Shown here one piece after another: positions 57,978-64,000 of a DNA stretch of 64,000 bases. Position 1 is the stretch's first letter. Each line of letters opens with the position of its first letter. Source of the stretch: an uncultured virus (IMG/VR IMGVR_UViG_3300018080_000012) (taxonomy: Duplodnaviria > Heunggongvirae > Uroviricota > Caudoviricetes); IMG/VR virus record IMGVR_UViG_3300018080_000012; one strand, given 5' to 3'. The position numbers and the translations under genes are program-made. Below the pieces are notes generated by a model, which saw nothing but the letters and a program-made list of their open reading frames with translations, was not told the DNA's origin and did no database searches.

Positions 57978-59909
57978 TTATAGAAGTGGATGTTCTTTAA
58001 TGATATTCTCAGGCGTATCTGAAGATCCCTGGATCACTCCAGCAGACGTTGTTTTATAGATGTTATATAACTTATCAAACCCAATCTTTGCGTAATTGTC
58101 AGCATGTGCATAATGATCTTGTCCAGTCTTTCCTACAACTTCATATAACGCACCAGTCTTATCATCAATATATTTTTCTACGACTAAATTTGCATGATGC
58201 TCTACAAAATCTTCTATATTATTATCTAATCTTGGAAATGAAACTCTTTTTTCTTCGTATTCTTGAATTAATAGTTTAAATGTTCCAACTCTAGAAACTG
58301 TTATCGTCATCGCTCTTTCATTTACTATAGGTGTTATTAGTTCTCTTTTTCTTTTTTGCCGCTGTATTTCGCCTGTATCATAAAAACACCCATAAGATTT
58401 TGTTGGAAATCTTCTAACAAGATACGAGTTTCTATCTACACCTATTCCATTAGCATCATTTATTATTATTTTAGCTCCAAAAAATTCGCATATTTGTTCT
58501 ACTCTTTTTACATGTTCTGTTTGTAAACCATGAAATCCATGCTTTCTTAAACTTTCATCGTCTATTTTTTCTACGTATATTACTTTAGAGTCTTTCATGT
58601 CTGGAGGAAAACCATTTGCTCTAACTACTACCCAACTTGTTTCTCCCCAGTCAACGCCAACACTTACATTTTTTGCCATCCCTATTTTTCTATATTGATT
58701 TACAAACGTTCTATCTTGACATTGTTCAAAAAGATCTCTTGTTAATTTTGACTCAGGACTCACATACGCATATCCCATTACTTCATTCCAGAATTGATGC
58801 AAGAATCTAAATGTATGATATTTGTATAATATTTCTTTTCCTGTTTTCCATGCTAACATCATATATGTAACTCTATATGATGATCTTGTAAGTCTTAAAT
58901 GAGGTTTTTTTGAAATCCATCTTGAAGTTTTCAAATAAAATTGACTGTTTTTATCTATATACTCTCCACAATATTTACACCCTATATATACTTTATCTAA
59001 TTTTTTTATATACTCAGGACTATTTGTATCAGTATTATCTAATTCAAAAAAATTACATAGATTTTCTGGAAATTCCATTATTTGTTCTTTCTTACAACGA
59101 GGACAAGTTATATACCATTCATATTGACATCCTTTCTTAAACGCTCCGTCTATTCCACTATTTGGAAATTTCGGAGTTGATATTCTAGCTCTTCTCGCTA
59201 ATTCACTATGAGAAGTAGACTCTGAATATATATCCTCTATTTGTGGATTTTGACTTTCATATTCATCAAACGTTATTTTATCTGAAGACGGACCTCGTCC
59301 TTGATAATCAGTCCATGAACTATCTACTGTATAAAAACTTCCATTTATAAAAGACTTAGAAGTTAAATTAAAAGGTTTTTTTACTAACCTTACTATTCTT
59401 GGAGATCTTTCTACTGCAATAGTTATCTTTTCTCTTGCCATCTTTTCAGACATTCCACTTGTAGGAAAAATATGTCTTACATTAGTATATGGCCTTGAAC
59501 AGCATAAATATAAATTTTCATTTATCTCGCTTTCGCTAAATTCACTCTGACGACACTTGATGATAGATTTATCTTTCGACTTATCATTTATATATTGTGT
59601 CAAATATGGACGATGAGCTGCTGTAAGTTTTGTATCTTTTTCTCCAAGCATCATTTCGACATCAGCATTCTTATAATTAAAAGGATTTCCTTTAAGTATT
59701 CTATTTGATTCTACCCATTCTTGAAGATTCCCTTTTCCTCTAGCAAACTCATTATATTCGTCTAATCCTATTCCAAATCCGTCGAATAACTTTGATGCTT
59801 CGTCAGAAATATTATCTTTATAATCAATATTCAATAAATCATTTAAATCTTTTAATGCAGATTGTGGAGAAGTCTTATCTATATCGATAGTAGATTTTTT
59901 CATATTCAA
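57978..59909 (-). CDS. Terminase large subunit
   Basis: HRPY, KCRQSEFSE Walker-A-like, FPT, FDEYE, ISTP, CPRC/CKYC, FWNEVMG, GVDWG, DHYAHA. Confidence 0.92.
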   Translation of the reverse strand: MNMKKSTIDIDKTSPQSALKDLNDLLNIDYKDNISDEASKLFDGFGIGLDEYNEFARGKGNLQEWVESNRILKGNPFNYKNADVEMMLGEKDTKLTAAHRPYLTQYINDKSKDKSIIKCRQSEFSESEINENLYLCCSRPYTNVRHIFPTSGMSEKMAREKITIAVERSPRIVRLVKKPFNLTSKSFINGSFYTVDSSWTDYQGRGPSSDKITFDEYESQNPQIEDIYSESTSHSELARRARISTPKFPNSGIDGAFKKGCQYEWYITCPRCKKEQIMEFPENLCNFFELDNTDTNSPEYIKKLDKVYIGCKYCGEYIDKNSQFYLKTSRWISKKPHLRLTRSSYRVTYMMLAWKTGKEILYKYHTFRFLHQFWNEVMGYAYVSPESKLTRDLFEQCQDRTFVNQYRKIGMAKNVSVGVDWGETSWVVVRANGFPPDMKDSKVIYVEKIDDESLRKHGFHGLQTEHVKRVEQICEFFGAKIIINDANGIGVDRNSYLVRRFPTKSYGCFYDTGEIQRQKRKRELITPIVNERAMTITVSRVGTFKLLIQEYEEKRVSFPRLDNNIEDFVEHHANLVVEKYIDDKTGALYEVVGKTGQDHYAHADNYAKIGFDKLYNIYKTTSAGVIQGSSDTPENIIKEHPLL

Positions 59910-60394
59910 TTTTTTTTATTTTCTTTTTCACTTTCAATAACGTTTTTAACTGTATTTAACATATTTTCAAATTGCGATATACTTTGATGCTTCAAACATA
60001 TTTGATTCTTCTTTGATTCGTCTTGTTCAGTATCAAACCATAATCCTTCTGAATTTTTTAAATCACTCAATGCTCTTGATCCAACTATATAAAATTGAGA
60101 CATTATTCTTAATAAATCTAAAACTTTATATTTTTCGATATCTATTCCTATTTTTTTAAGTTTATTTTCTAATATCATCAATAAATTTTCTATCGAAATC
60201 TTTTCTATTAAATCTTCTTTTCTTAAAAATATCAATACGTTCTCGAATCCCGCGCTCCTTAACTCTTCTAACAAAAAATTCATTTCTAACATTGATACTT
60301 CTGGTGAACACTCTTTAAATATCAATACATCATCTTCTTTTATTTTTAATTTCTGTACAGATTCTATAAGTTTAATTATTATTTTTTGATTCAT
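59906..60394 (-). CDS. Hypothetical protein
   Basis: ORF coupled to terminase. Confidence 0.5.
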   Translation of the reverse strand: MNQKIIIKLIESVQKLKIKEDDVLIFKECSPEVSMLEMNFLLEELRSAGFENVLIFLRKEDLIEKISIENLLMILENKLKKIGIDIEKYKVLDLLRIMSQFYIVGSRALSDLKNSEGLWFDTEQDESKKNQICLKHQSISQFENMLNTVKNVIESEKENKKN

Positions 60395-60701
60395 TTTTTT
60401 CTTTAGCTATTTTCTCTCTTTCTTTTTCGATATTCTTTTTTGCTTTTTCTTCTTCTAATTTAAATTTTGCACGTTGTTCTTTTCTTACGTTATATCCTTT
60501 TTCTAATTGTTCAAAAGGAATTTTACTCATAATTTGAGCTACTTTATTTGTAGTATTCATTTCTTCAGCAAATAAATTATAATACTGATCCCACACTTTT
60601 GACATCCATACGTCCATTGAAAAATGATCACCAATTCCATTTTTGTCTAACCATTTAATAAAATCATCAAATACTTTTTCTTTAAGTTCTTTAGCTTTCA
60701 T
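60372..60701 (-). CDS. Hypothetical protein
   Basis: 109-aa ORF with SD. Confidence 0.5.
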   Translation of the reverse strand: MKAKELKEKVFDDFIKWLDKNGIGDHFSMDVWMSKVWDQYYNLFAEEMNTTNKVAQIMSKIPFEQLEKGYNVRKEQRAKFKLEEEKAKKNIEKEREKIAKEKNESKNNN

Positions 60702-60848
60702 CGATATTCTCCTTCTTTTTAATTTCTATTCTTGTAAATAAGTTACATTTCAGACATTGATATTGTCTATACCGTTTTTTATCTTTATCAATTTTAATTC
60801 CAATAAACTTAATTAACTGTGTTTTACAATGCTTACATTTTGGTTGAT

Positions 60849-61112
60849 TCATTTCTCTTCTTCCTTATCTTTATTTACATTAACTTTTATAAATTTCTTC
60901 TTATCTAAACCTTCTCTAAAATAATCAATAATCATAACAATTAAAAAAAACACAAAAAAAAGTTCTACAATGCTAAAAACTATTACTAAAATAATCTTCA
61001 ACCAAGCAATATTAATAAATTTCAATGATATAAATGAAAATATAAAAGCAATAGCAAAATAAAATGCACCCCAAAAAATTAATCGTTGATATTCATTTCT
61101 TTTTATTATCAT
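60849..61112 (-). CDS. Two-TM membrane protein
   Basis: Two hydrophobic helices. Confidence 0.55.
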   Translation of the reverse strand: MIIKRNEYQRLIFWGAFYFAIAFIFSFISLKFINIAWLKIILVIVFSIVELFFVFFLIVMIIDYFREGLDKKKFIKVNVNKDKEEEK

Positions 61113-61282
61113 TTCTTTTCTTCCTTACATTTCGTATTTTTTTAGTACATTTTTCACAATAATGATATCCACTACAATCACAATATATTACTTCATCATC
61201 TCGTAAATCTTCATCACAACAATCACAAGCTACTATATCATCACTACATCGAGAACATGTTTCAACTTCTCTTGTTAATATT

Positions 61283-61534
61283 TTACTTTTTATTAATCGT
61301 CCCGTCTTCTCTCTCCATTTTGTTGATATATCTATTCAAATACCATTGTGCTTTTTTAAGATCTTCTAATTGATTACTTTTTATTTTATGTCTTGAAATA
61401 TATTTTATAACATTACCTAAGTGAAATCCTAAATCCCAATCTTCTATTACATCAATAGTTTCAAATTGGCCCGAAATATAATGTCTAGGATGATTTATAT
61501 TGTCCGTTTTCTTTTCTTTCTTTTCTAACATCAA
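61283..61534 (-). CDS. DUF3310 family protein
   Basis: D.INHP.HY..G..E.IDVI...F.LGNVIKY..R...K...EDLKKA.WYL. Confidence 0.9.
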   Translation of the reverse strand: MMLEKKEKKTDNINHPRHYISGQFETIDVIEDWDLGFHLGNVIKYISRHKIKSNQLEDLKKAQWYLNRYINKMEREDGTINKK

Positions 61535-61654
61535 TTTCTGCCTCTATAAATCTTTTTATTTTTTCTCCTGATGTTTTATTATATAGATCTATTAGTTCAT
61601 TATCAGTAAGTTCTTTTAATTTATATAAATCTTTATCTTTCATATTATCCTTAT

Positions 61655-62341
61655 TCATGTATTGATATAACTAGATAAACCTTCAAAAACATCAAACCCA
61701 GAAGTATAATTATTTTTAATAATAGAATCATATTCAATAGTTTTTAATATTTCTATCATTATATCGGCTATCTCTAATTCATTTTTATTAAATAAAACAT
61801 TAGCACTTAATCTTTTTATTCTTTCATCTATAAACAAATGAAACATTTTCATGTTTTCTTTACTTTTTTTAGATTTTATATTTTTCTTTACTTTTTTAAA
61901 ATGATTTATTTTCGACTCAATATCTTTTACTTTATCGTCTACAGTTTCTTTATTATTTTCTAATGAATCTATAATTATTTTAAAATAATTATCTTCATAT
62001 TTTTCACACGCCTCGTCGAATATTTTAGACAACAATAATATTGCTCTACTTCTTTTATCATCTTTAGAAAAAACCATAGAAAAACCATATTTATCAAAAT
62101 TCTTCCTTGAATCTTTATTTATTAATATATCATAAGATTTTTTTATCTTCATAAAAATATCTGAATCTCCTTTATTAACATCGGGATGATATTTCTTAGA
62201 TAATCTATAAAAAGCTTTTTTGATATCCGTATCAGTTGCTTTTCTATTTATACCAAGAATATCGTAAGGATTATTTGATTTTTCTATTCTCTCTTTCATT
62301 TTCTTAAATATCCTTTTGGACATTCTTTTATATACCAACAT
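61655..62341 (-). CDS. J-domain (DnaJ-like) protein
   Basis: NPYDILG...DIKKAFY.LSKKYHPD.N...F..I..SY.IL...R..FD. Confidence 0.9.
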   Translation of the reverse strand: MLVYKRMSKRIFKKMKERIEKSNNPYDILGINRKATDTDIKKAFYRLSKKYHPDVNKGDSDIFMKIKKSYDILINKDSRKNFDKYGFSMVFSKDDKRSRAILLLSKIFDEACEKYEDNYFKIIIDSLENNKETVDDKVKDIESKINHFKKVKKNIKSKKSKENMKMFHLFIDERIKRLSANVLFNKNELEIADIMIEILKTIEYDSIIKNNYTSGFDVFEGLSSYINT

Positions 62342-62471
62342 AATTTGAATTTATAATATTCTCTATAATATGGCATACATTCATCGTTTTGATTCTTATA
62401 TTTACAATTTTTAAAATCTTCAGAACATATAACTCTATCAACAAACTCATCATAGCTTTTATCTATATCTT

Positions 62472-63975
62472 TCATTTCTTTTTATTTTGCTCTCTTTGTT
62501 TCTCTTTAAGTTTAGGCAAACCAATATTATAAGCTTTTCCCTTTTTCATAATAAATTTAGAAGCTTGTCTTTTTGTTACAGAAATATCTGCCTCTTCACA
62601 ACATTTAATAAAATTACCATCTTTCATAAAATCTCTATTTGTCATTTTATTTCTCCAATAATTATTTATTTTTAAAAGACATATCAATTTTTGGTTCTAT
62701 TTTCATTTCTTCTGGTAATGATATCATTATATCTGGAATACCAACACGAATATCTAATGGAATAGGTATATCTGAAATAGCTTTTCCTGTTGATTTATCT
62801 ATAATCTTTAATTTAAAATTATCTGATTTTATTTTCACTTCTGGAAAAGATATTTCTATTTTACCTAATTTTAAACTTATTGAATTGAAACTTTTTATTT
62901 TAATATCTTTCATTATGTCTTCAGCTAATTTTCCTCCTTGCTTTTGTATAAAATCATATATTTTTTCTTTAGCATTAGAAAACAATCCCATAATGACCTC
63001 CTATAAATTTCTTAATCTTCTCCAAAATAAACTAAACAAACAAACTAAAAATATAAAAAAAGAGATAACTATAAAATCACTATAATCTTTAAAAATAATC
63101 TTATTGAAATCTTTACTTTTACCTATACCCAATAATATATCACCTAAAATTAAAGACGTTACAAATAAAAATGAATTTCTTAAAATTACGATTAATTTTT
63201 TAATAAAATATCTCATATTTATATCACCTTTTCTCAAAATTCAAACTATCTTTAATAGCTTCTTCGCTTATTTTTTTAAATTCTACTTCATTAATAGCTT
63301 CTGTACCTACCATACCCGTTTGTATGCCTTGCATATATGATTTGTAGATTATTTTATATAATTTGTCAAAATCTTCTTCATTATTTATTATCAACTCATC
63401 CACTTTTTTTCTCCTCACTTAACATTTTTCTTAAATATTGCTTAGGATCTTCAAATCTTTTTATATTATATTCTCTTATATCGTTCAAGCATAAGCAGCA
63501 TACAGTTAATTCTTGACCTAAATAATATATCCGTTCACCCTCTTCTATTCCCAATGTTTTTTTACATCTATCACAAATCATTTAAAATCTCTCTTTAAAA
63601 TATCTGTCTATTATATCGAAAATTTCTTTTTTATCAATTTCCATAGCCTCTCCATTTTGATTTGAAAGCATTATAAGACCTTTATAATCTTCATCAAGTA
63701 TATCTATTGTATAACATTCATGTTCTTCTCTAAAAGTTAATGTAATAATAGAATTTTTATACAAATTTTTTTCCTTCTATATTTTTTAATGCTTCAATAA
63801 TCTCTTCTTTTGACGTATTTTTTAAACAATCCATACATACAAAAAATTTATTTCCAGTCTTCTTACTCGTTATAATTTTAAAAATATTATCTAAAAGTTC
63901 TTTTGTTATTTTTTCCTTAAGATCAAACTCATCTTGATATCCACATATATCACACTCAACAACTTTTTTTATCAT
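62472..63975 (-). other. Run of small hypothetical genes
   Basis: Packed 60-110 aa ORFs including CxxC...CxxC proteins (63396-63581, 63757-63975) and a two-TM protein (63001-63237). Confidence 0.6.
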
Positions 63976-64000
63976 AATTTAAATATATATCTTTAAAATA

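Noticed and set aside
57978..59909. Intron or intein in terminase
   Set aside because: Continuous 643-aa ORF with motifs in order; no splice-junction or homing endonuclease signature
59906..60701. Terminase small subunit
   Set aside because: Position fits but no recognisable motif; left hypothetical
767..63340. Plus-strand ORFs in the track
   Set aside because: Nearly all lie antisense to well-supported minus-strand genes and show shadow-frame composition with no recognisable motifs
1..64000. Stop-codon reassignment
   Set aside because: Long genes are intact in the standard code; TAA, TAG and TGA all end genes next to downstream SDs/starts

Overview
A 64-kb, AT-rich segment of a contractile-tailed dsDNA phage (myovirus). 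Essentially all real genes are on the minus strand, in the standard code. In transcription order (right to left) it contains: small genes including a J-domain and a DUF3310 protein; large terminase; an island of small accessory genes with repeated gene-boundary sequences, two YopX paralogues and a GC-rich structured non-coding region; portal; a ~10-kb cluster of probable head-packaged proteins around a MuF gene; a second accessory island; prohead protease, scaffold and SPO1/A511/Twort-type major capsid protein; fibre and neck genes; sheath, tube, frameshifting tail chaperones, tape measure and baseplate; lysis genes; and an initiator/DnaC/DnaB replication module. The most striking feature is an apparent modular virion-cargo system. 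Unrelated proteins (a sigma factor, an InPase-family protein, a 1128-aa metallopeptidase/ART/ParB/ART polyprotein and several small proteins) share three short recurring peptide tags. The tags sit beside hydrophobic-x-K|S/A motifs matching the predicted prohead-protease cut site seen in the capsid and scaffold. Two promoter classes are visible, including promoter-then-terminator leaders ahead of the portal and protease genes. All protein calls are by-eye motif recognition; no database searches were run and the host cannot be determined.
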